Assembly: GCA_035545955.1 (NCBI GenBank) | Contig: DASZXI010000045.1 | Location: 26,053-58,052 of the forward strand | Source of the DNA: Candidatus Didemnitutus sp. | Lineage (GTDB): Bacteria > Verrucomicrobiota > Verrucomicrobiia > Opitutales > Opitutaceae | Direction: 5' to 3' | DNA: 32,000 nucleotides | Notes under the pieces: generated by a model | Databases searched by the model: none | What the model saw: only the letters and a program-made list of their open reading frames with translations | What the model was told of the DNA's origin: nothing | Shown here: positions 1-7,437 of the stretch, in pieces | How positions within the stretch are numbered: the first letter of the stretch is position 1 | Layout of the letters: every line of letters begins with the position of its first letter | Translations under genes and position numbers: made by a program

Positions 1-1785
1 CAGCTCGGCGCGACCGTCGGCGGTCGGCGTGGCGTTGAGCGCCACGGTGATGCGGCGCTGTTCGCCGGCGGACTGGAGTCCGTTGAGAAAGATTTCCTGA
101 AACGCGTGGGCGAGGCTGGTGCGGTTGCAGCGCAGCATCACGGGCGGCAGGTCGCTCTTCACCTCCAGTTCGGCGGTGCCGCCCGCGTAGGCCCGCGATT
201 TTTCGAAGCTCGACTGCAGGATCTCGTCGAGCGGGGCGAGTTCGGACGCCGGCTGATCCGAGCGGTCCAGCAGCAGCATCTGGTCGGTGAAGCGCTGGAT
301 GCGCTGTGTTTCGCGCGCGAGCGCGGTCTTGAGCGACTCGCGGAAATCGGGATCGTTGATCTCGGCGTCGAAGAGCTGCTCATGCGTCGTGAGCGGCACG
401 AGCGAATTGCGGATCTCGTGGGCGAAGCGGCGCGCGATGAGCGAGATCAGTTTGAGATTCGAAGACTCAATTTCCGCGCGCTGGGCGGCGCGAATGCGCG
501 TGAAATCCTCGAGCAGCAGCATCGCGGTCGGCGGCACGCGCTCGGCGGCGGTGCGGAGCGGGATGACCGTGGCGCGAAACACCGTGCCGGCGGCCTCATG
601 GAAAAACGGCTCGACGGTGGCGCCGAGGTCGATCACCTCGTGCACCCGCGCCGAGATGGCCGGCGGCAGATCGCCCAGCTCGATCGGGCGACCCTGCTCC
701 GTATGAAGAAATCCGGCGAGCGCGCGATTGGTGTAGAGGACGCGTCCGCCCGCGCCGGCCACGAGCGCGCCGACGGTGAGGCCGTCGAGCACGCTGGCGA
801 ACAGGTGATGGCTGCCGACGAGCTGGTGGTGGAGCCAGGAATTCTTGATCGCGAGTCCAAGTTCCTCGAGCAGGTGAAACACCAGCAGAAGTTCGTCGTC
901 CGAAAAATCCCCGCCCATGATGCGGCCGCCGAGCACGGCGACACCGAGCGTGCGCTCGCGATCGTTGACCGGGATCGCGATGCGTCCGCCGAGCACATTG
1001 AACTCGTGGATCACGCGATCGTCGAACAGCGGCGGCATGCTGCCCGTGGGCGCGCGGAGAATCTGCGGGTTGACCGTCAGTTGGCGGCCGAGACCGCTCT
1101 TGCGCGACAGCGAGAACGACTCGACGAGGTCGGCCGGAAATCCGATCGACGCCGCGCACGGCAGATGGGAGCCATCGACTGCGGGTGCGCCCGGCAGCGC
1201 CTCGGGCGCGGGCGGTTCGAGGAAAATCGCGATGCGGGCGATGCCCACGACCTCGCGCAGTTTCAGGATGAAGTGTTGCGTGAGGGAGCGCGTGTCGAGC
1301 GAGTAGCCGAGCACTTGCGAGAAATCGCGCAGCACCTCGAGGGCGGAAGACAACGCGGCCGCGCGCGGATTGAGCGTCGCCCGGGCCGGGGCATACGGAT
1401 CCTCGCCGGGGGGCTTCGCCGGCGCGCGTCGGGCGAAGCGTTCGAGCATGGCGGTCAACGTTGGCGCCTCGATCGGCTGGAACAGGACCAGGTCGACCCC
1501 AAGATTGAGCAGTTTCTGCTGGGCATCGGTGCCCGTGCCGGTGGCAAGCAGCACGACCAGGGGCAGGGTGGGGGCGATGATTCGGGCCGCGGAAACCTCG
1601 TCACAAAATGAGGCATCCACCTTGGCCGGAGCGAAAAGGCACACTTCGAAGGCCCCGGCCACCAAGGCTCCCCGGGCGTCCGCAATCCGGTTGCGGTGAC
1701 GGACCATGAAGTCGGCGGCGGAAGACAGTGCCGTTTGGAGCGGTAACGGCGGGTTTTCTTCAGCAATTAGGAGCAGCCGGGTCAC
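1..1785 (-). CDS. Sensor histidine kinase (receiver-like N-terminus + GAF + PAS-like + HisKA/HATPase_c); C-terminus runs off the window at base 1
   Basis: Not in the ORF track because the frame is open at position 1. Hand translation of the reverse strand is continuous from GTG (1785-1783; V/M-TRLLLIAEENPPLPLQ...) to base 1 (...ITVALNATPTADGRAEL). The H-box 'LISLIARRFAHEIRNSLVPL' is encoded by the reverse complement of ~391-456. GAF-like stretch: '...IPVNDRERTLGVAVLGGRIMGGDFSDDELLLVFHLLEELGLAIKNSWL'. The + strand ORF 106..1611 is its Arg/Ala-rich antisense shadow. The start codon choice (GTG 1785) is tentative. Confidence 0.85.
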   Translation of the reverse strand, partial: MTRLLLIAEENPPLPLQTALSSAADFMVRHRNRIADARGALVAGAFEVCLFAPAKVDASFCDEVSAARIIAPTLPLVVLLATGTGTDAQQKLLNLGVDLVLFQPIEAPTLTAMLERFARRAPAKPPGEDPYAPARATLNPRAAALSSALEVLRDFSQVLGYSLDTRSLTQHFILKLREVVGIARIAIFLEPPAPEALPGAPAVDGSHLPCAASIGFPADLVESFSLSRKSGLGRQLTVNPQILRAPTGSMPPLFDDRVIHEFNVLGGRIAIPVNDRERTLGVAVLGGRIMGGDFSDDELLLVFHLLEELGLAIKNSWLHHQLVGSHHLFASVLDGLTVGALVAGAGGRVLYTNRALAGFLHTEQGRPIELGDLPPAISARVHEVIDLGATVEPFFHEAAGTVFRATVIPLRTAAERVPPTAMLLLEDFTRIRAAQRAEIESSNLKLISLIARRFAHEIRNSLVPLTTHEQLFDAEINDPDFRESLKTALARETQRIQRFTDQMLLLDRSDQPASELAPLDEILQSSFEKSRAYAGGTAELEVKSDLPPVMLRCNRTSLAHAFQEIFLNGLQSAGEQRRITVALNATPTADGRAEL

Positions 1786-1941
1786 TTCCGTGTTATTGCA
1801 TGAACGAAACCGTCCGGCGATGCCCTAGGCAAGCGTTAACTCATCATGTGAACAACATCCGAAAATCGCGACACTACGGGACTTGCTCGTTGATTTTGGT
1901 TAAAAAAATGACACACACTGCCGCGCCGGCCGGCTTGTAAA
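1786..1941. promoter_or_regulatory. Divergent promoter/regulatory spacer between the minus-strand kinase and the LuxD-like/methyltransferase operon
   Basis: 156-bp non-coding gap, visibly more AT-rich than its flanks (e.g. 'ttgattttggttaaaaaaatgacacacac', 'cttgtaaaatg'), between two divergently oriented starts. No individual -35/-10 pair could be assigned with confidence. Confidence 0.4.
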
Positions 1942-3639
1942 ATGATCGCAGACTCCACGCCTGTTCAGGCGGGTCAACTACGCACCGATTTCGTCAGCTT
2001 CCCGAACCGCACGGGATTGCGGTTGGCGGCCTGCCTCGACCACACGGGCGACCTGACCGGAAGGCCCTGGGTCATCGTCGCCCCCAAATACGGGGAGACC
2101 AAGAAAAACAACCTCCAGTTGTCCTACTACCTCGCCAGCAACGGCCTGAATGTGCTGCGGTTCGATCAGACCAATCATTTGGGCGAAAGCGAGGGTCGGA
2201 TGCAGGATTTCAGCCTGCCGGGCGCGGTGGATGACATCCTGGGCTGCCTCGATTTTCTCGGATCGCAGTACCAGGCGGCAGGTGCGGTATTGATTTCCAA
2301 CAGTTTGTCGGCGCGCTGCGCCTACCGCGCGGCGGCAAGAGACTCCCGGATCACGCGCGTGATCAGCGTGGTGGGCGTCGTCAACATGCAGTCGACGCTG
2401 CGCGAGGTCTACAAGGACGACATTTTTGGCACCTACCTGGCGGGCCGGCACTGGGGCCTCACCGACATCCTGGGCTTCGACATCAACGGTGAGATCTTCC
2501 TCGGCACCGCGGTCGAGGCGGGAATGCACGATCTCGCCGGTACGATCACGGACATCGCGCGCATCCGGGTTCCGATGGTATACTTCTTCGCGATGAACGA
2601 CACGTGGGTCACCTACGACGATGTGTTGCGCGCGACGGAGAATCAACCGATGTGCCGGCTCATCGCGGTTGAAGGGGCGATGCACGAGGTGCGCGAAAAT
2701 CCGCGCGCGGCCGAGGGCGTGTTCCGGCAGATCATCTGGGCGTGCCGGCACGACACCGCGTATCCCGGCGACGAACAGGCGCGCCTCGAAATACCCGACA
2801 TGAAACTGATCCTGGCGCAGAATCGCCAGGAGCGGGAGCGCATGCGCCGATCGGAGGCGCCGGCGGAATCGGAGCACACGTTTTGGTCGGGCTACCTCGA
2901 GAAATACAGCGTGCTCGAGAAATCGGAGGACTATCATCAGTACATCGCGTTGCTCGGCCGACTGTGCGCGTTTCGTCCGGGCGCACTCGTGCTCGACGCC
3001 GGCTGCGGCAATGGAATGTTCGGGCTCTGGGCGCTGCGCGAGGCCCTGACGCAGCGGCGTGTGGTGACGGCGCGCGATCTGCCGGCGATGTACGTGGGCA
3101 TCGATCTCACCGAGCGTGGACTCGGTGACGCCGTGGGCCATCATCGCGGCGCGCTGCGCAAGGGCGCGGGCGAGCTCGCGCACCGGGCATCTCCGGGGAC
3201 CGGCTATCTGCGTTTTGATTTCAACGATCTGCTCGACGAGCGTGGCGGCCCGCGGCTGCCGTTTGCCGATCAGACTTTCGACGTGGTCTGCTGCAGCCTG
3301 GTGCTTTCGTATCTCAAGCGGCCCCAGGCGTTGTTGAAGGAACTCGCGCGCGTGGCGAAACCGGGCGCCGTCCTGGTCACCTCGAGCATGAAGCCGCATT
3401 GTGACATGTCGGTGATCTACCGCGATTTCATGGCGCAGCAGGTGACTTCGGAGGAACTCGAGGCGGCGCGCGATCTGCTGCGCGCGGCGAGCAAGATCCG
3501 ATTGAAGGAGGAAGTAGGCCATTATGCGTTCTTCTCGGACACCGAACTTGCCGCGTTGGCCAGCGAGGCCGGATTCAGCGTGCAGGAGAGCTTTCACTCG
3601 CTCGGTAATCAGGCGATCGTGATCAAGGCGCAGAAGTGA
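1942..3639 (+). CDS. Two-domain enzyme: LuxD-family acyl transferase/thioesterase (alpha/beta hydrolase) fused to a class I SAM-dependent methyltransferase
   Basis: 565-aa ORF. The N-terminal ~290 aa match LuxD as I recall it: 'SNSLSARCAY' (LuxD 'AASLSARVAY'), 'VVGVVNMQSTLREV' (LuxD 'AVGVVNLRDTLEKA'), 'FFAMNDTWV', 'EGAMHEVRENP'. The C-terminal ~250 aa carry methyltransferase motifs: 'VLDAGCGNGMFG' (motif I), 'YVGIDLTE', 'FDVVCCSLVLSYL', 'LARVAKPGAVLVTSS'. Confidence 0.85.
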   Translation: MIADSTPVQAGQLRTDFVSFPNRTGLRLAACLDHTGDLTGRPWVIVAPKYGETKKNNLQLSYYLASNGLNVLRFDQTNHLGESEGRMQDFSLPGAVDDILGCLDFLGSQYQAAGAVLISNSLSARCAYRAAARDSRITRVISVVGVVNMQSTLREVYKDDIFGTYLAGRHWGLTDILGFDINGEIFLGTAVEAGMHDLAGTITDIARIRVPMVYFFAMNDTWVTYDDVLRATENQPMCRLIAVEGAMHEVRENPRAAEGVFRQIIWACRHDTAYPGDEQARLEIPDMKLILAQNRQERERMRRSEAPAESEHTFWSGYLEKYSVLEKSEDYHQYIALLGRLCAFRPGALVLDAGCGNGMFGLWALREALTQRRVVTARDLPAMYVGIDLTERGLGDAVGHHRGALRKGAGELAHRASPGTGYLRFDFNDLLDERGGPRLPFADQTFDVVCCSLVLSYLKRPQALLKELARVAKPGAVLVTSSMKPHCDMSVIYRDFMAQQVTSEELEAARDLLRAASKIRLKEEVGHYAFFSDTELAALASEAGFSVQESFHSLGNQAIVIKAQK

Positions 3640-5735
3640 CGCGGTACCTCATCGTCTCCTCGTTCCTGAACTTCCTCGCGGCGGGCATGCTCGCCTTCGC
3701 GGTGGTGGTGCGCGGACGCAAGGACAGCATCAACGTGCGTTTCGGCGTGTTCGCGCTGGCGATCGGCAGCTGGTCGGCGGGCTACCTGCTCTGGCAGATT
3801 TCCGAGGACGCCGTGCGGGCACTGTTTTTCACCCGGCTGCTGATGTTCTTCGCGTACTTCGTGCCGACGACCTTCCTCCATTTTATCGTGGAGCTTTGCG
3901 GCGAGCGGAAGCGCACCTGGGTGCGGATCGCGTACGCGGTTTCAGCCGTGTTCGCCGGGCTCAACTTCACCTCGCTCATGGTCGACCACATCGAACCGGT
4001 GCGGGGCTTTCCCTACTGGCCGATCGCGGGCGCGTGCTACTGGCTTTACCTGTTGTTCTTTGCCGCCTGCACCGTTTACGCGGGCTGGCTGCTGGTTTCC
4101 AATCTGCGCACCGCCACCGGCGGACGCGCCGTGCAGCTGCGTAACATCCTGATCGCCTCGATCGTCGGGTTCGGCGGCGGTGCCACGAACTTCCCGCTCT
4201 GGTACCGGATTCCGCTGCCGCCGCTCGGCATGCCGCTGATTTTCCTCTACCTCGTGATCATGGCGCACGCGGTGTCGCGCTACCAGTTGCCGCTGGTGAC
4301 GTATGATTTCATGCACGCGGCGGTGCACGTGGGCTTCAGCGTCACCATCGCCGTCATCTATCTGGTGGTGCTCGCGGCGATCTCGCCGTTCATCGACTAC
4401 CCGCTGACGCCCGAAACCCTGCTCACCCAGTTCATGCTGTGCGTGGTGGTCTGCCTGTTTTTCATCTGGGCGGTGCCGCGCATGAACCGCGCGGCCAACC
4501 GGCTGATGGCGGAAACGTACCTGCGCCGGCGCAATACCCAACAGATGAACTTGAAGGAGCTGAGCCGACGCATTGCCGCGCTCGGCAGCGAGCAGGAAAT
4601 CTTCGAGAACTCCGTGCGCGAGATCACCCGCGCCTTCGGCCTCGGGGCCGCGGCGGTCTACGCCCGCAGCGAATTTGACCACGACTATCAGCTGCGGGCC
4701 ATGCACGGCTGGTCGCGCTGCCCGCCGGCGCTGCCGCTGAGCTCGCCGCTCGCCCGCGTGTTCGCCCAGCGCATGGCGCCACTGCTGATCGACGGCACCG
4801 AGCTCGAGCTCGGCCCCGCCGTGGCGGGAGAGATCGAACAATTCCGGCGTGAACTCGCCTTCGAGGCCGCGTTTCCGGTGGCGTCCGACGACTTCCTGTC
4901 CGGCCTGCTCCTCCTTGGCCGGCGCGAGGGCGGCGAGCGGTACACGGAAGCCGAGCTGAGCCTGCTCGAGTCCACCTGTCTGCAGATTGCCGTGACGCTG
5001 CGCGCGCGCCAGCTCGAGCGCCGCGCGAGCCAGACCGAAAAACTGATTTCGCTCGGCACGCTCGCCGCCGGCCTCGCGCACGAGCTGCGCAATCCGCTGA
5101 CCTCGGTGCAAACCTTCACGGCGCTGCTCAAGGAAAAGCATCCCGATCCCGAGGCGTTGCACGAGTTCAGCAGCGTGGTGCTCCGCGACGTCAACCGGAT
5201 CACCAGCATCGTCGAAAACGTGTCGGCCTTTGCCGAGAGCAACATCGTCGCGATGACCTCGGTGCATCTGCCCGACGTGCTGCAGACAGTGGCGGACATC
5301 GTGCGGCCGGAGCTGACCCGCACCGGCGTGAAACTGGAGGTGCCGGTCGTCACCGTGCCGCCGGTGCGCGGCAACAACAGCCAGCTTTTGCAGGTGTTCC
5401 TGAATCTCACGCAGAACGCGATCCAGGCGCTCGACGGCAAGCCGGGCGGTCGCATTTCCTTCGGACTCGACACACGCGTCACCGACGTGCCGCAGCCCCT
5501 GCTCTTCGTCAGCGTGGCGGACAATGGTCCCGGCATCGATCCCGACGTCCTGCCGCGGATTTTCGAGCCGTTCACCACGACGAAGGCGACGGGTGCGCGC
5601 ATCGGCAAGCACGGCATGGGGCTCGGCTTGGCGATCGTGAAGCGCATCATCCAGCATCATCACGGCGACATCGACGTGACCAGCGCGGTCGGAGGAGGCA
5701 CGACCTTCCGCGTGCAACTGCCGCTTTTCGCGTGA
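3636..5735 (+). CDS. Membrane-embedded sensor histidine kinase (about nine N-terminal TM helices, GAF, HisKA, HATPase_c)
   Basis: 699-aa ORF. The GTG start overlaps the upstream TGA (GTGA, 3636-3639). The first ~300 aa are almost entirely hydrophobic helices with short loops, resembling the histidine-kinase N-terminal 7TM type. GAF-like: '...FLSGLLLLGRREGGERYTEAELSLLESTCLQIAV'. H-box: 'LAAGLAHELRNPLTSV'. ATPase motifs: 'LNLTQNAIQA', 'DNGPGIDPDVLPRIFEPFTTTK', 'GMGLGLAIV'. Confidence 0.9.
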   Translation: MTRYLIVSSFLNFLAAGMLAFAVVVRGRKDSINVRFGVFALAIGSWSAGYLLWQISEDAVRALFFTRLLMFFAYFVPTTFLHFIVELCGERKRTWVRIAYAVSAVFAGLNFTSLMVDHIEPVRGFPYWPIAGACYWLYLLFFAACTVYAGWLLVSNLRTATGGRAVQLRNILIASIVGFGGGATNFPLWYRIPLPPLGMPLIFLYLVIMAHAVSRYQLPLVTYDFMHAAVHVGFSVTIAVIYLVVLAAISPFIDYPLTPETLLTQFMLCVVVCLFFIWAVPRMNRAANRLMAETYLRRRNTQQMNLKELSRRIAALGSEQEIFENSVREITRAFGLGAAAVYARSEFDHDYQLRAMHGWSRCPPALPLSSPLARVFAQRMAPLLIDGTELELGPAVAGEIEQFRRELAFEAAFPVASDDFLSGLLLLGRREGGERYTEAELSLLESTCLQIAVTLRARQLERRASQTEKLISLGTLAAGLAHELRNPLTSVQTFTALLKEKHPDPEALHEFSSVVLRDVNRITSIVENVSAFAESNIVAMTSVHLPDVLQTVADIVRPELTRTGVKLEVPVVTVPPVRGNNSQLLQVFLNLTQNAIQALDGKPGGRISFGLDTRVTDVPQPLLFVSVADNGPGIDPDVLPRIFEPFTTTKATGARIGKHGMGLGLAIVKRIIQHHHGDIDVTSAVGGGTTFRVQLPLFA

Positions 5736-5804
5736 GCAATTTGTTCGCTTCCCGCGCCGTCCTCGCGCAATGACTTCGAGCGCTTCCGCCACCCCTGTTG
5801 CCCA

Positions 5805-7160
5805 ATGACATTGCTCGCCCCCAACACCATCACGATGGACGGGCCGGCGGCGCTGCGTGCCCTCGCGCGGGCGTTCGCGCATCTCGGCGACTTCGATCGT
5901 TTCGTGGCGGGATTGCAGGCGGCGCTCGACCGGTCGTCGCTGTTTGCCCGGACCACGCTGGCGATCGATCGCGGGATCGCGGGCGAGCGTTTTCCCGCCG
6001 GCACGATGAGCCTGCCGTTGGGGGACGGCGTCCATCCGGGCGGACACCTGCAGGCGGTCGCCGGAGGAGAGAACCGGCAATTCGGAGCCGAGGACCTGCA
6101 CCTGCTGGCCGGACTCGCGGATTTTCTTTCGTCCGCGCTGGCCGCCTCGGCGCAGATGCAGGCGGCGGGTCAAGCGCGGGAGCTGCTCCGTTTCCTGCTG
6201 AATCAGGCGCCGGTCGGCCTAGCCGCCTTCAACGCCGACCGCACGCCGGCGGTGGCCAACGATCTGGCGCGACGGTGGCTGGGCGACGCCGCGCTGCCGA
6301 TCGAGGATTTCGAAAAGGCCACGGGCGGCTTTCATCTGCGCGCCGGCGGAAAACTCATCTATGGCGAGGCCCGGCGCATGCCGGCGCCGTGCGAAGGCCT
6401 GTGGATGGTGGCACTGCACGACCTCACGGCCGACCAGGCCCGGCTGCTGGAACTCATCCGGCGCGAAACCTATCGCGCCCTCGCGCAAAAGGGAAAATTC
6501 GGCTTCGCCCTGATCGAGGGCACCGCCATGGCGGACGGCGTCCTGCGGCGCCTGCCTGATCTGCGGGCGGCGTTGACGCTCGGCGAAACCGGCGGGCCGT
6601 ACGATGCGCACCGCCTCGGCATCGTTTTCAGTGAAGTCAACGGACTCGCCCTGCGCGCGCGTCTCAGAAAAATGCGGTCGGTCTTCGCCGGAGTCGAAGG
6701 CTTGCGCGTCGGCTACGCGGAACTCGGCCGCGGCGGATCGACGCCGGAAAGCCTGCTCGAGGCGGCGCTGCAGGCGTCGGCGCCCTACGACGACGCCGTG
6801 CGCTCGGCGGTGCTGGTGCACGACGAGAATCCCGCCGTCACCGACACCTTTGCGCTGCTGTTGGGGCGCGACTTCAATGTGGTCAAGAGCTCCCAGGCCG
6901 CGCGCACGCGCGAGCTGCTCGAGCGCGGAATGTACGAGGGATTCGTCGCCGAGCTGGAGTCGCGCAATGGACCCGACGGTGCCGAACTGATGAAGTTTGC
7001 GCGCGCCAAGCTGCCGGGCATCCGTCCCTTTTTTCTCACCGCGCGCCATCCCGCACTCGATGGCAAGGGCGAGACCGGCAAGGAGGACGCCGTGGTGATC
7101 GAAAAGCCGTTCGACGTCTCTGCCGTCACGCAGATCGTCCGGGAAAAGCTGGCGGATTGA
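5805..7160 (+). CDS. Multidomain signalling protein: GAF-like + PAS-like + degenerate GGDEF-like + C-terminal receiver-like domain
   Basis: 451-aa ORF, 69 bp downstream of the kinase. PAS-like: 'LLRFLLNQAPVGLAAFNADRTPAVANDLARRWLG'. The GGDEF-like core has its signature replaced: 'GGPYDAHRLGIVFSEV' where R-Y-G-G-D/E-E-F is expected, followed by 'VGYAELGRGGSTPESLLEAALQA'. Receiver-like tail: 'AVLVHDENPAV...PFFLTARH...VIEKPFD'. Domain calls are by eye only. Confidence 0.75.
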   Translation: MTLLAPNTITMDGPAALRALARAFAHLGDFDRFVAGLQAALDRSSLFARTTLAIDRGIAGERFPAGTMSLPLGDGVHPGGHLQAVAGGENRQFGAEDLHLLAGLADFLSSALAASAQMQAAGQARELLRFLLNQAPVGLAAFNADRTPAVANDLARRWLGDAALPIEDFEKATGGFHLRAGGKLIYGEARRMPAPCEGLWMVALHDLTADQARLLELIRRETYRALAQKGKFGFALIEGTAMADGVLRRLPDLRAALTLGETGGPYDAHRLGIVFSEVNGLALRARLRKMRSVFAGVEGLRVGYAELGRGGSTPESLLEAALQASAPYDDAVRSAVLVHDENPAVTDTFALLLGRDFNVVKSSQAARTRELLERGMYEGFVAELESRNGPDGAELMKFARAKLPGIRPFFLTARHPALDGKGETGKEDAVVIEKPFDVSAVTQIVREKLAD

Positions 7161-7346
7161 TGTAGGGCGGGGCCGCCGAACCCCGCCTTTGGTTCGGGCA
7201 GGTGCCCACGAAATAACACGAATAGCAAAGCCCGACCAAGTCGGACAGGTTTTCACTTCGCCGGATTTTCGTTCTTTTCGGTGGGGGATCGATTTGGCGG
7301 GGTTCGGCCCATTCGACAGGCTCAGGGCAGGCGAACCCGCCCTACA
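7161..7346. repeat. REP/REPIN-like composite: truncated inverted copy (7161-7187) plus full copy (7296-7346) of the GTAG-hairpin repeat
   Basis: 7161-7187 'TGTAGGGCGGGGCCGCCGAACCCCGCC' is the reverse complement of both ends of 7296-7346 'GGCGGGGTTCGGCCCATTCGACAGGCTCAGGGCAGGCGAACCCGCCCTACA'. The same ~50-nt unit recurs at 12257-12306, 12397-12446 and 21717-21766. The interior holds a degenerate CACGAA/CACGGA word (7204-7226). Confidence 0.65.
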
Positions 7347-7409
7347 CCAGGCAGCTGGCCGGTTTTGCGAATCACCGAAGGTCGGCGCGGAAATCGATCC
7401 CGATCAGGA

Positions 7410-7436
7410 AAACGCGTTGGGGACAACGCGTTCCAC
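7410..7436 (-). terminator. Hairpin immediately downstream of the ABC ATPase stop codon (member of the AACGCGTTG hairpin repeat family); possible intrinsic terminator
   Basis: On the minus-strand RNA: GUGGAACGCGUUG-UCCC-CAACGCGUU followed by UUCC. It starts 1 nt after the stop codon at 7438-7440. Nearly the same hairpin occurs at 16208-16236. The U-tract is short, so terminator function is uncertain. Confidence 0.45.
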
Positions 7437-7437
7437 C

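Noticed and set aside
106-1611. 501-aa + strand ORF (MGEAGAVAAQHHGRQ...)
   Set aside because: The composition is Arg/Ala/Gly/Glu-rich with no recognisable motif. It lies exactly antisense to a reverse-strand frame that encodes a clear histidine-kinase H-box plus GAF and receiver-like segments. This is a typical high-GC shadow ORF.
1978-3597. 539-aa minus-strand ORF antisense to the LuxD-like/methyltransferase gene
   Set aside because: No motifs and an Arg-rich shadow composition. The + strand frame carries two recognisable enzyme domains.
1942-3639. Alternative reading of the fusion protein as BioH-BioC (pimeloyl-ACP methyl ester esterase plus malonyl-ACP methyltransferase)
   Set aside because: The hydrolase half matches LuxD-specific strings (SLSAR, VGVVN..TL) rather than a GxSxG BioH-type nucleophile elbow. 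No other bio genes are nearby, and the gene is translationally coupled to a sensor kinase. This is not excluded without a profile search, so it is listed as a refutation route for the main finding.
3942-6173. 743-aa minus-strand ORF spanning the kinase and the start of the next gene
   Set aside because: It is antisense to a kinase with a complete H-box and N/G boxes, and it crosses a real intergenic gap. The composition is low-complexity and Arg/Gly/Ala-rich.
6219-7256. 345-aa minus-strand ORF, and the overlapping + ORFs 5798..6559 and 6604..6990
   Set aside because: These are alternative frames or the antisense of the 5805..7160 gene, which has receiver, PAS and GGDEF-like patterns. None of them shows a domain signature.
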